Position numbers and translations under genes: made by a program
Assembly: GCA_031431315.1 (NCBI GenBank)
Contig: JANPDE010000456.1
Coordinates: 1 to 60,224, forward strand
Direction: 5' to 3'
DNA length: 60,224 nucleotides
Source: Haliea sp.
Lineage (GTDB): Bacteria; Pseudomonadota; Gammaproteobacteria; Pseudomonadales; Halieaceae
The notes under the pieces: generated by a model
Told to the model about the DNA's origin: nothing
Databases searched by the model: none
The model's input: only the letters and a program-made list of their open reading frames with translations
In this document: positions 20,539 through 28,843 of the stretch, piece by piece
Position numbering within the stretch: position 1 is the stretch's first letter
How the letters are laid out: every line of letters starts with the position of its first letter

Positions 20539-21510
20539 ACACCAGTCCAAGGTTTCAACTTTCTCTTCAGGAACGATTAGCAAGTCACTCGAATATCCCT
20601 CAAAATCGCTTGCTGAAAAGATGAAGTGGTTATTCACGCGCCTATAAACGCGATAGTTGAGAGGTTTCATGTAATCAATAACATCCGTGTAGGACTGACT
20701 ATGCCACGCCAGACAATATTCCATGAACTCTCCGAAAATAATTGGTCGCGAACGGGAGAGCATATTTTTTGCACCCTTGAGCACGTTTAAATCATACCCA
20801 TCAACGTCAATTTTAATAAGAGATACCTCTGTTGAAATAAAGCCTTTCTCGATTAAGTTATCCAATGTTGTAATAGCCAGGGGCACTCTTTCAGCTGGAT
20901 AGTCCGAATTATCAGAAAGTATATTGGCCGTGCCAGTTCCTTGACCTTCTTTTAGATTTCCCTCGATCTGTATTTGAACTTCCTTTTCAATATCACCAAC
21001 TCCTTTCGCAATCGCAAGGATCGTCTCCTCCAGGCCATTGAGTCTAATATTATGCTGAAGTCGCTCAACATTCGCCGATACCGCTTCTACGCAGTAAATC
21101 TCAGGATCTGCCCGATCCCTCTCAGCCACGAGTTTTGAGAATGGAAGAGCAATCAATCCAATATTTGCACCCACGTCGATAAAGCAGCCCTCGCCATTGA
21201 ACAAGCGGACTAGAAAACGGGTTGTGTCTTTTTCATACTCGTTCATGAAATATGCCCACCGTTCATGCCGACTGTGAAAATCCAGAAGAGCTAGATATGT
21301 AGCGGGCGAATCGATGGAGACGGTCTTGAGCATGTGATGATTCTCAAGCCTGAGAAGTTTCATCGCCATTTCAGCAGCTCTGACTTTTCCTCGGAAATTC
21401 GGCAATGCATGGCATATATCCGCGATTGACCTGAGAATAGAACTGTTGAGAGGCAAAAACAGAGAGTCCGCTCTTAGGCCCTTCCTGTCTTCGGGACGAA
21501 TAGTCACCAT
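20494..21510 (-). CDS. FkbM-family methyltransferase
   Basis: FIDVGANIG, IKIDVDGYD; ATG 21510 preceded by AGGAGA; AT-rich. Confidence 0.85.
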   Translation of the reverse strand: MVTIRPEDRKGLRADSLFLPLNSSILRSIADICHALPNFRGKVRAAEMAMKLLRLENHHMLKTVSIDSPATYLALLDFHSRHERWAYFMNEYEKDTTRFLVRLFNGEGCFIDVGANIGLIALPFSKLVAERDRADPEIYCVEAVSANVERLQHNIRLNGLEETILAIAKGVGDIEKEVQIQIEGNLKEGQGTGTANILSDNSDYPAERVPLAITTLDNLIEKGFISTEVSLIKIDVDGYDLNVLKGAKNMLSRSRPIIFGEFMEYCLAWHSQSYTDVIDYMKPLNYRVYRRVNNHFIFSASDFEGYSSDLLIVPEEKVETLDWCLELPAMNSHLWRGC

Positions 21511-21544
21511 AATTTCTCCTGATGATTCATCTGCGGCCAACTCA

Positions 21545-22048
21545 CTAACCCGGCGCTGCCAGCACGTCCCGGTCCAGCGCCACGCTGGTGCTGCGGCCCA
21601 GCAGTTCTATCAGCAGCAGCGCCCGGTCTTCGCTCTGGGGCATCTGGTAGACGCCGCTCAGCCCGGCGAAGGGGCCATCCAGAATATCCAGGGTGTCGCC
21701 GGGCTGGTGCGGCCAGGTCTCTCCCTGGCGTAGCCGGCTCTCGGGGTCTTCACACTGCCGGAGATAGTCGATCACGCTGGCCGGCACCGGCCGCAGCAGC
21801 TGGCCAAAGCGCACCAGTCCCGCCACGCCCTGGGTGGAGCGTACCGGGGCGAGACTGCTCTCGCCCGGGTCGACACGCATGAACAGGTAGCGCGGGAACA
21901 GGGGCTCCACCACCTTCGTCCACTTATCTCTTCTACGTTTGCGTAGCAGGACTTTCGGCAGATAGGTTTCAAAGTGCTGCCGTTGCAGGTGCAGCTCTGC
22001 AATGGCTTCTTGCCTGGGCTTGGTATGTACTGCGTACCAGCACTTCAT
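21545..22048 (-). CDS. rfaH: RfaH/NusG-family transcription antiterminator
   Basis: WYAVHTKPRQE, EPLFPRYLF, VRSTQGV, KOW motif GDTLDILDGPFAG, LIELLGR. Confidence 0.88.
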   Translation of the reverse strand: MKCWYAVHTKPRQEAIAELHLQRQHFETYLPKVLLRKRRRDKWTKVVEPLFPRYLFMRVDPGESSLAPVRSTQGVAGLVRFGQLLRPVPASVIDYLRQCEDPESRLRQGETWPHQPGDTLDILDGPFAGLSGVYQMPQSEDRALLLIELLGRSTSVALDRDVLAAPG

Positions 22049-22152
22049 ACCGTGTAATTCATGGGGCTTCCCGCAGTGTGCAGTACGGTCTCATCCGAGA
22101 CTTCCTGGGAAATCACATCGGGCGATAAGATTACGGTCTGATTGAGGTTCAT
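22045..22152 (-). pseudogene. Truncated PqqD/RRE (lasso B1) remnant, 35 codons
   Basis: MNLNQTVILSPDVISQEVSDETVL matches 22 of the first 24 aa of the PqqD at 42665-42946, then diverges; stop overlaps the rfaH ATG. Confidence 0.85.
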
Positions 22153-22185
22153 GTCTTTATGTGCAGGTGCCACTGTACGCACCAC

Positions 22186-22223
22186 AGTGTACCGCAGCGG
22201 GAAAGTCAGACAACACGTAATGA
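22186..22223 (-). promoter_or_regulatory. Putative sigma70 promoter TTGTCT-N16-TACACT with upstream TCATTA
   Basis: Same motifs and spacing recur upstream of the PqqD paralog at 42979-43016. Confidence 0.5.
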
Positions 22224-22269
22224 CAGGACACAGTGCCCGCAAGAGATGGCCCTGATAATTTGGCGTGCT

Positions 22270-23193
22270 TCATCTACTGCTGGTTGCTGTCCGGGTGTGA
22301 GCACAAATCGCCGTATAGGTTTCGTGCATCCGTTCCATGTTCCAGGGGCGGCTCACCCGGTACACCAGGCTTTGGTCTGCCAGCTGGGCCAGCCAGCGCA
22401 GGCGCTGCTCCTGCAGGAAGTGGAAGCTGAACAGGTAGTTGGGCAGCAACTGCTCGAATTTGCGGAAGCCGGTGACTTCGGTGATCTCGATGCCGGCATG
22501 CGGCCCGGTCTGGTCGAGTGCGTAAAAGGCGTGGATCGGCCGCGCCTGCCGGGCAAAGTGCTCTATCGGGTTGCCCAGCACTTCAAACTGGCGGAAGGGC
22601 CGGTGGTGCGGGTGCGAAGGCACTGCATAATAGCGCCCTTGCTCGAGGAAGGTGGCCACCTTGTCGTCCGACAGCATGGGGTGGCCCTGCCTGAGGAAGT
22701 AGTCCCCCAGCGTGGACTTACCCCCCATGGAAGGCGCGATGAACAAAATTGGCTGCTCGTCCACCTCCACCGCGGCTGCGTGTATGAAGTCATAGCCCCG
22801 CTCCAGAGTGAGGTGCAGGGGCAGGAAGATGTGGACAAACCAGAAGACGAGTAAGGCCCGGTTACCCTCGTCACCGAGTTGGTAATAGATGACGGAGTCG
22901 CCCCCGGTCCAGCTGAAGTTCGCCACGCCTTCCACCTGCAGACACCACGGCTGGCCTGCGGCGCTGCGGGCCGCTTCGCGGTCGGTGCGCAGGTACAGCT
23001 CGCGGCCGTGGGTTGAATAGAAGGGCATGGTCTCGGCCAAGTACTCCGGGCGCGGCGCCGTCGCATCGGTGCCCGCCCGCCTCAACTCCAGCGTGCTATG
23101 CTCGCCCGGCGCTACTGCGCTCACCGGCGTCGGGCGATCAAATAGCGCAAATTCGCAGTCAACCTTCACCCCGTAGAGGCAGTGCTCAATCAT
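22270..23193 (-). CDS. HPr-kinase-related kinase (lasso peptide kinase-like)
   Basis: IHAAAV, Walker A variant APSMGGKSTL, LSDD; ATG 23193 overlaps the B2 stop. Confidence 0.8.
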   Translation of the reverse strand: MIEHCLYGVKVDCEFALFDRPTPVSAVAPGEHSTLELRRAGTDATAPRPEYLAETMPFYSTHGRELYLRTDREAARSAAGQPWCLQVEGVANFSWTGGDSVIYYQLGDEGNRALLVFWFVHIFLPLHLTLERGYDFIHAAAVEVDEQPILFIAPSMGGKSTLGDYFLRQGHPMLSDDKVATFLEQGRYYAVPSHPHHRPFRQFEVLGNPIEHFARQARPIHAFYALDQTGPHAGIEITEVTGFRKFEQLLPNYLFSFHFLQEQRLRWLAQLADQSLVYRVSRPWNMERMHETYTAICAHTRTATSSR

Positions 23194-23699
23194 GCGCGCC
23201 GCTCCCAGCTGAAGGTCGAAACCACGGTGAACTGCTCGTGGCCCGCCCTGCCATTCACAATATCGTCGCCACATTGCAACCAGGCATGGGCGGAAAGGCC
23301 CGTGGGGTCGTCAGTACGTTCACAGCCCCGGCGCACCCCCAGGTAAAACTGGCCGGGTATGTTGCGCTTCGCCAGCAGGCGCTGCGCCACCAACACCTGT
23401 GTCAGGCATAAGCTCTGCCAGGGGGTCACTCTACTGGCGGCGGCGACCAGCCGGCCTATGGCCATCGCCTCGTCGCGCATCCGCGGCGGCAGGGCAGGCG
23501 GCGGCATGGCGAGGAGATGGTGCTGCAATTTCCTGGACAGGCGCTTGAAGGAGACCAGCAGGACAGCCGCCCGGTACCAGCCCAGCATGAACCAGGCCTG
23601 CGCCAGCAGGAGCTTGTGGCGGGTGGGCAGGGCGGTGAATTTCTGCAGCCTGTAGGGCATGGGTGGCGCAGGTGGGCCTGTGTTGTGTAGGCTGGCCAC
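23190..23699 (-). CDS. Lasso peptide B2 leader peptidase (transglutaminase-like)
   Basis: SLCLTQ, LGVR, AHAWLQCGD giving a Cys-His-Asp triad; alternative start ATG 23660. Confidence 0.9.
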   Translation of the reverse strand: MASLHNTGPPAPPMPYRLQKFTALPTRHKLLLAQAWFMLGWYRAAVLLVSFKRLSRKLQHHLLAMPPPALPPRMRDEAMAIGRLVAAASRVTPWQSLCLTQVLVAQRLLAKRNIPGQFYLGVRRGCERTDDPTGLSAHAWLQCGDDIVNGRAGHEQFTVVSTFSWERRA

Positions 23700-23787
23700 T
23701 TTAGCAAAAGCACTAGTGCAATAGAATCAGCTGGTGACGTACTGCGGGATTTTGTTTCCCGAGCATACCCCACAAGGATACACACCA

Positions 23788-25611
23788 TTGAGTGGCTTCA
23801 TTGCTATGGTCAACGCCAGTGGCGCAACAGTTGACCGCAACTTGCTGGAAACGCTGACCGCTTCATTGCAGTGCCGCGGTCCTGACCGCCAGCAGATATG
23901 GGCGGACGGCCCGGTTGGGCTTGGCCATACGCTGTTTCGCACCACCCGTGAGGCACAGTACGAAAACCAGCCGGCAAGCCTTGACGGCATGGTGTGGGTC
24001 ACTGGCTGCATACGGGTTGATGGCCGCCAGGCGCTTGTCGAGGAACTGCGCCTGAATACGCCACTTTCACTCGCAAGCACCCCCGATTCAGAACTGGTGC
24101 TGCACGCCTACCACACTTGGGGTGAGCACTGCCTGGATCACCTGCTGGGTGACTTTGCCTTTGCCTTGTGGGACGGACACAAACGGCAGTTGTTTTGCGC
24201 GAGGGACCGCTTCGGCATGCGGCAGCTTTACCACGCCCAGGTGGGCGACACCTGCATTATCAGCAACAGCATGCATTGCATGCGCCAACACCCCGCCATT
24301 TCCAGTGAGCTGAACGATCAGGCCATCGGAGATTTTCTGTTGTTCGGTGACCACATCTGGACCGATAAATCCCAGACGGCCTTCAATGACGTAAAAACCT
24401 TACCACCCGCTCATCAACTGACTTTCTGCGCCGACAGAACGACAATCGGGCGCTATTGGGATCTCCCGACGGATGTGCCCTTGCTCAAGTATCGTCGCGA
24501 AGAACAATACCTGGAGCATTTTCGATCCGTATTCACCCAGGCAGTGGACGATCGCTTGCGTTGTGATGACGTGGTGATTTCGATGAGCGGGGGGATGGAC
24601 TCCTCCGCGATAGCCGCCACCGCCACAAAAATTCGCCAGCAAGGCGGCCGGGATTTTGGCCTGCAGGCGATTACTGTCGTGTATGACAAACTGCATCACT
24701 GTCAGGAAAGACATTACTCCGGCCTGGTGGGGGAGCACCTTGGTGTTCCGATTCAATACATCGTCGCAGATCATCACCCGCTGCTGGCGCCTGCGATGCA
24801 ATGGACGCGTCCACTAGAGTACTATCAGCCCAGCATATGGATAGAGATGGCCCAACAAACCCTGCTATCCGCGCGCGTTATGCTGATCGGCGCTGCCGGC
24901 GACAATCTGCTGTGCTATTGGCCGTTCTTACCCACTATGGCGGAGGCCAACCCACTGCAGACGCTGCGCCAGATTTTCCAACTCAAAGCCCGCTACGGAA
25001 GAATGCCCGGGCTGGGAACGGGGTTGAAAGCCCGCTGGAAAAGGATGGCAGGTAAACCGGCCGGAAAAAGAAATCCCCCTTACCCCTATCCACCCTGGCT
25101 GAATCAAGACCTGGCAGACAGGTTTGCAATGCAGGATCGATGGGATGCTCTATGGGCAACCTTGTTTACTGGCGCAACCAGGCATGGGCTGCATCGTGAC
25201 GCGCTGATGTCACCCAACTGGAACACGGACGATTTGGCTATGACCGGGTCTTTAATAGCGCCTGAACAGCGCGACCCTTATCTGGATCTCAGGCTGGTAA
25301 ATTTCGTGCTGTCCCTTCCGCCCATGCCATGGCTGTATCAAAAACATATCCTGCGACAAGGCGTCAAAAACTTATTACCAACAGCTGTTATAGAAAGACC
25401 GAAGCAGGCTTTGGGTGATTTGGCGAGTTCACTTATCGGACAAGCGGCATTCGATACGCAGCCTCCGAGTGGTGACCTGGATAAAGTTGACCTGGATAAA
25501 TATGTTAACGCAGCTGCTTTCAGAAAAGCCATTGCTGGGATTGGTGATGGAGGCCTGAATTATGTAAACCTGCGGCCCCCGATATTAAGACAGTGGCTCC
25601 AAATGCTATGA
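23788..25611 (+). CDS. Lasso cyclase (asparagine-synthetase-like) C1
   Basis: TTG start after AAGGA gives MSGF, with Ser in place of the catalytic Cys; RGPD, GDFAFALWD, SMSGGMDSS, RDPYLD; adjacent to B2 and a precursor. Confidence 0.85.
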   Translation: MSGFIAMVNASGATVDRNLLETLTASLQCRGPDRQQIWADGPVGLGHTLFRTTREAQYENQPASLDGMVWVTGCIRVDGRQALVEELRLNTPLSLASTPDSELVLHAYHTWGEHCLDHLLGDFAFALWDGHKRQLFCARDRFGMRQLYHAQVGDTCIISNSMHCMRQHPAISSELNDQAIGDFLLFGDHIWTDKSQTAFNDVKTLPPAHQLTFCADRTTIGRYWDLPTDVPLLKYRREEQYLEHFRSVFTQAVDDRLRCDDVVISMSGGMDSSAIAATATKIRQQGGRDFGLQAITVVYDKLHHCQERHYSGLVGEHLGVPIQYIVADHHPLLAPAMQWTRPLEYYQPSIWIEMAQQTLLSARVMLIGAAGDNLLCYWPFLPTMAEANPLQTLRQIFQLKARYGRMPGLGTGLKARWKRMAGKPAGKRNPPYPYPPWLNQDLADRFAMQDRWDALWATLFTGATRHGLHRDALMSPNWNTDDLAMTGSLIAPEQRDPYLDLRLVNFVLSLPPMPWLYQKHILRQGVKNLLPTAVIERPKQALGDLASSLIGQAAFDTQPPSGDLDKVDLDKYVNAAAFRKAIAGIGDGGLNYVNLRPPILRQWLQML

Positions 25612-25624
25612 AGCAAAGCGGCTT

Positions 25625-25795
25625 CTATGATCCCTGGCCGGGGGGAATCATAGTTCCCATGCTGTTGCCGGGGGTGTCATTTATGGTGTCAGGGCCGTTA
25701 TTCTGCGTAGTACGCGTTATGGACCCGAATGAGGTCAATGTAGGGGTGTCGTATGATTTTTTACAGGGTTTGCGAGTATCTGTTTCAGGTGTCAT
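25625..25795 (-). CDS. Lasso precursor A1 (56 aa); predicted core NNGPDTINDTPGNSMGTMIPPGQGS
   Basis: Leader YDTPTLTSFGSITRTTQ fits YxxPxLxxxGxxxxxT with Thr at -2; Asp9 acceptor; AAGGGA upstream. Confidence 0.85.
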   Translation of the reverse strand: MTPETDTRKPCKKSYDTPTLTSFGSITRTTQNNGPDTINDTPGNSMGTMIPPGQGS

Positions 25796-25931
25796 CGTTG
25801 CGGTCCCTTGCAGATTTTGCACGGTGTCTGACTGATGGTCCCAGCAAAGCCGGTCGTTTGCAAGGAAAGCCCTGCACAGGACCCCACCAAATTTCCAGTA
25901 TACGATTTTGAAAGCCGGGTTGGGTTGTGCA

Positions 25932-27074
25932 CTAACTAAATCGCTCAACCAGATCCTGCACAAACCGCAATGCTTCCGTATGTTCCTTGAAAAGCGCTCT
26001 ACGCTGCTCCTGTAATTCAGACGCAAGGTGCTCCACAGTCGATTCACCGTTCATCCGGCCGAGCAGCCAGAGCGCAGCCTCGCCTTTTGTACCGAGCGCC
26101 GGATGGTAATGCAGTGTTTTCTTTTGCATGTCTTCGAGCCTGACTGGTTGCGATAAAAACGAACTCTGGCGTTGGTGCTGGTCGCCCAGACGCGTGCTCC
26201 AGGACCATTCCCCCCGCTCAGGCCGCTTCAGGCTGAATCCGAGGCGATCTCCCTTTACCACCGGCAGCGGTTGGGCCAGGGGCATGAAGACCTGGTTCCA
26301 GTGGGTTTTGCAGCTTTCCCCGTCGGTCGACAGCCACTCGTCCACCAGCCGCATCTGGAACCAGCCCATCCAGCCGTGGCAAACTCCATTGCGCTGAACA
26401 GTGACTTCCACCTGGCTGTCGCATGCGGCTTTTGTCGCCGTGTTGAAATCCAGCTCCAACACCGCGACGGGCTCGGCCAGCCGCTGGGCCTGCATATGCT
26501 TCGCGCTGTCATGCCGCATGTAGTTTGCCGCGTAGGCCCGCAGCGCGCTGTAATCCAGCTCCGGCAAACCCTGCTCGTTACACACCCGGGGGAAGTCACC
26601 CCAGGACGCGACATGCTTGTCGTAGTAGGCGGGCGCAGTAACGGGAACGACTTCCATTCTCCCGCGGTCGGGAATCAGCCGGCCGCCGGGTGCCAGATAA
26701 TGGTCGCGGGCGTAAAAGAGCGATGGCAGCAGGTCTTCGCTGAGCAGGAAATTGCCGGTGAACACCGACACGATGACATCGACCCTGGTATCAAGCTGCA
26801 GTTCCTCCGCCCGGGCACGGATACATTCCACCGCGTCGAGCTGATTGTCGGCTGCGACGGTGCGGGCCACTTCAACGGCGACCGTGGGTTCAACCAGGTA
26901 CACCTTCGCTGCCCCCAGCCGCGCGGCAATAAGCCCGAGAACTCCAAGTCCCGCCCCCAGGTCCATGACCGTCGTGTCCGGGGTAATTACCTTTTTCAGG
27001 GCGCTGGTGTAGGCGGCATTGCGGGTGCCGTCAAACACCATGCCGCGGTGCCCCACTACATCTTTATAACTCAT
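25932..27074 (-). CDS. PRMT-fold (protein arginine methyltransferase-like) SAM methyltransferase
   Basis: HRGMVFDGTRNAAY, VMDLGAGLG, VYLVE, VDVIVS, ARDHYLAPGGRLIP and THWNQ align with PRMT1 motifs. Confidence 0.85.
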   Translation of the reverse strand: MSYKDVVGHRGMVFDGTRNAAYTSALKKVITPDTTVMDLGAGLGVLGLIAARLGAAKVYLVEPTVAVEVARTVAADNQLDAVECIRARAEELQLDTRVDVIVSVFTGNFLLSEDLLPSLFYARDHYLAPGGRLIPDRGRMEVVPVTAPAYYDKHVASWGDFPRVCNEQGLPELDYSALRAYAANYMRHDSAKHMQAQRLAEPVAVLELDFNTATKAACDSQVEVTVQRNGVCHGWMGWFQMRLVDEWLSTDGESCKTHWNQVFMPLAQPLPVVKGDRLGFSLKRPERGEWSWSTRLGDQHQRQSSFLSQPVRLEDMQKKTLHYHPALGTKGEAALWLLGRMNGESTVEHLASELQEQRRALFKEHTEALRFVQDLVERFS

Positions 27075-27207
27075 GATTTTCCGGCGCTTCCTTCAACTAT
27101 CATGGCGGGTAGCTTTCGTACTGCCCTTTTGTGTACGCTGGCCACTCTACCAAGCGCCTCCTGCAAAGACAAAAAGAGTCACTCTGGCGGCGCAGCTCGG
27201 GACCACC

Positions 27208-28833
27208 ATGAATTTCTCGGTACTGCTGACCTACATCACCCCGCATCGCCGCGTGCTTATGGCGGTGCTGGGCCTGTTGCTGGCGGGCAGCCTGGTGTCG
27301 CTGGCCAACCCCTGGATGGCGGGGCTGCTGACCGCCAGTGTGTTGGGCCAGGGTGAGCATGAGCCGAAGCTGATCCTGGCCCTGTGGCTTGGCCTGATGG
27401 CCACAACCAGTCTGATCGGCTTTTTTACCAGCTACCGCATTGGCACCACGGGGGAGCAACTGACAGCGGGGCTGCGCGAGCGGCTTCACCAGCACCTGCA
27501 GGCACTGCCCCTGGCTTACTACCAGCGGCGTCGGCCGGGCGAAACGCTGACCCTGCTCAGTGCCGACGCCGCCATTATCAGCAGTTTTGTGACCGCCACC
27601 CTGGTGCAGCTGCTGCCTGCCCTGCTCACCTTTATCGGGGCCTTTATCCTGATGGCATGGCTGGCCCCTGTCATCGCCCTGCTGGTCGTGCTGTTCCTGC
27701 CGGCCTACGTGCTTGCAATGAAGATCATGGGGCGGCAGCTGCGGCCACTGTCACGCGCATGGGTCGATGCTAACAGCCGCGTGGTGTCGGTGGTACAGGA
27801 AAACCTCGACATGCTGCCCGCCATCAAGGCCTTTACCCGCGAACAACACGAGCAGGGGCGATTTGAAGCGGTCAACCGGCAATTGCTGGCGCTATCGCAA
27901 CGGCAGCTGCGCTTACAGTCCCTGCTCTCACCCGCGATCGGCCTGCTGGGCGGGATCGGGCTTGTCGCCCTGCTGTGGATGGGCACCGCGCAGATAGAAA
28001 GCGGCCAGTTGGCGCCGTCACAGATGGTCAGCCTGCTGCTCTATGCCATGCTCCTGATGAGCCCGCTGAGCACCCTGGCCGACATTTACGGGCAGGTGCA
28101 GCGCACCCGCGGCAGCGCCGAGCGGATCATCGAATTCCTGGGGGAGCAACCTGAACCGGCGGATGAGGGCAACCGGGTGCTCGACCATGTAAAGGGCCGC
28201 ATAGAGTTCCGCGATGTCAGCTTCGGCTACCCGGGGCGCCCGCCCGTGCTCAGCCACTTCAACCTGGAGATATCCGCCGGTGAAACACTGGCGCTCACCG
28301 GCCCCAATGGCGCGGGCAAATCCACGCTCGCCCACCTGCTGATGCGCTTCGCCGACCCGGACGAAGGCGCCGTGATGATCGATGGCGTGGACACCCGCGC
28401 GGCCACCATCACCAGTGTGCGTGCCCAGATCGGCCTGGTGGCGCAGAATGTACTGCTGCTCAACGGCAGCGTGGCCGAGAATATCGCCTATGGGGAACCG
28501 ACAGTGAGCCGGGAAAAAATCGAGGCCGCCGCCAAAGCCGCCCATGCCCATGCCTTTATCACGCAACTGCCCGATGGTTACGATACGGTGATCGGCGACC
28601 AAGGCGTAAGGCTCTCTGGCGGCCAGCGCCAGCGCATATCACTGGCCCGCACCCTGCTGAAGGACCCGCCCATCCTCATCCTGGATGAGGCCACAGCCAT
28701 GTTCGACCCTGAGGGGGAGAAGGCGTTTATTGAAGAGTGTCGGGAGATGTTGGGGCGCAAGACGGTGATTTTAATTACTCATCGGCCAGCCAGTTTGGCG
28801 TTGGCGGACAGGACGATTAGAATTGAAACATGA
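27208..28833 (+). CDS. ABC exporter, fused TMD-NBD (lasso D-like)
   Basis: Hydrophobic N-terminal domain; GPNGAGKST, LSGGQRQR, LILDEAT. Confidence 0.9.
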   Translation: MNFSVLLTYITPHRRVLMAVLGLLLAGSLVSLANPWMAGLLTASVLGQGEHEPKLILALWLGLMATTSLIGFFTSYRIGTTGEQLTAGLRERLHQHLQALPLAYYQRRRPGETLTLLSADAAIISSFVTATLVQLLPALLTFIGAFILMAWLAPVIALLVVLFLPAYVLAMKIMGRQLRPLSRAWVDANSRVVSVVQENLDMLPAIKAFTREQHEQGRFEAVNRQLLALSQRQLRLQSLLSPAIGLLGGIGLVALLWMGTAQIESGQLAPSQMVSLLLYAMLLMSPLSTLADIYGQVQRTRGSAERIIEFLGEQPEPADEGNRVLDHVKGRIEFRDVSFGYPGRPPVLSHFNLEISAGETLALTGPNGAGKSTLAHLLMRFADPDEGAVMIDGVDTRAATITSVRAQIGLVAQNVLLLNGSVAENIAYGEPTVSREKIEAAAKAAHAHAFITQLPDGYDTVIGDQGVRLSGGQRQRISLARTLLKDPPILILDEATAMFDPEGEKAFIEECREMLGRKTVILITHRPASLALADRTIRIET

Positions 28834-28843
28834 TACCGAGTGA

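Noticed and set aside
25473-25500. 15-bp-period repeat encoding DLDKVDLDK in cyclase C1
   Set aside because: Small in-frame slippage duplication with no evident function
25688-25705. Asp-Thr in the A1 ring as an aspartimide site
   Set aside because: Aspartimide formation needs a PIMT-family enzyme; the methyltransferase here has PRMT motifs, so this is not claimed
25625-26047. 140-aa ORF as listed in the track
   Set aside because: It overlaps the methyltransferase 3' end; only the last 56 codons have an RBS and precursor features
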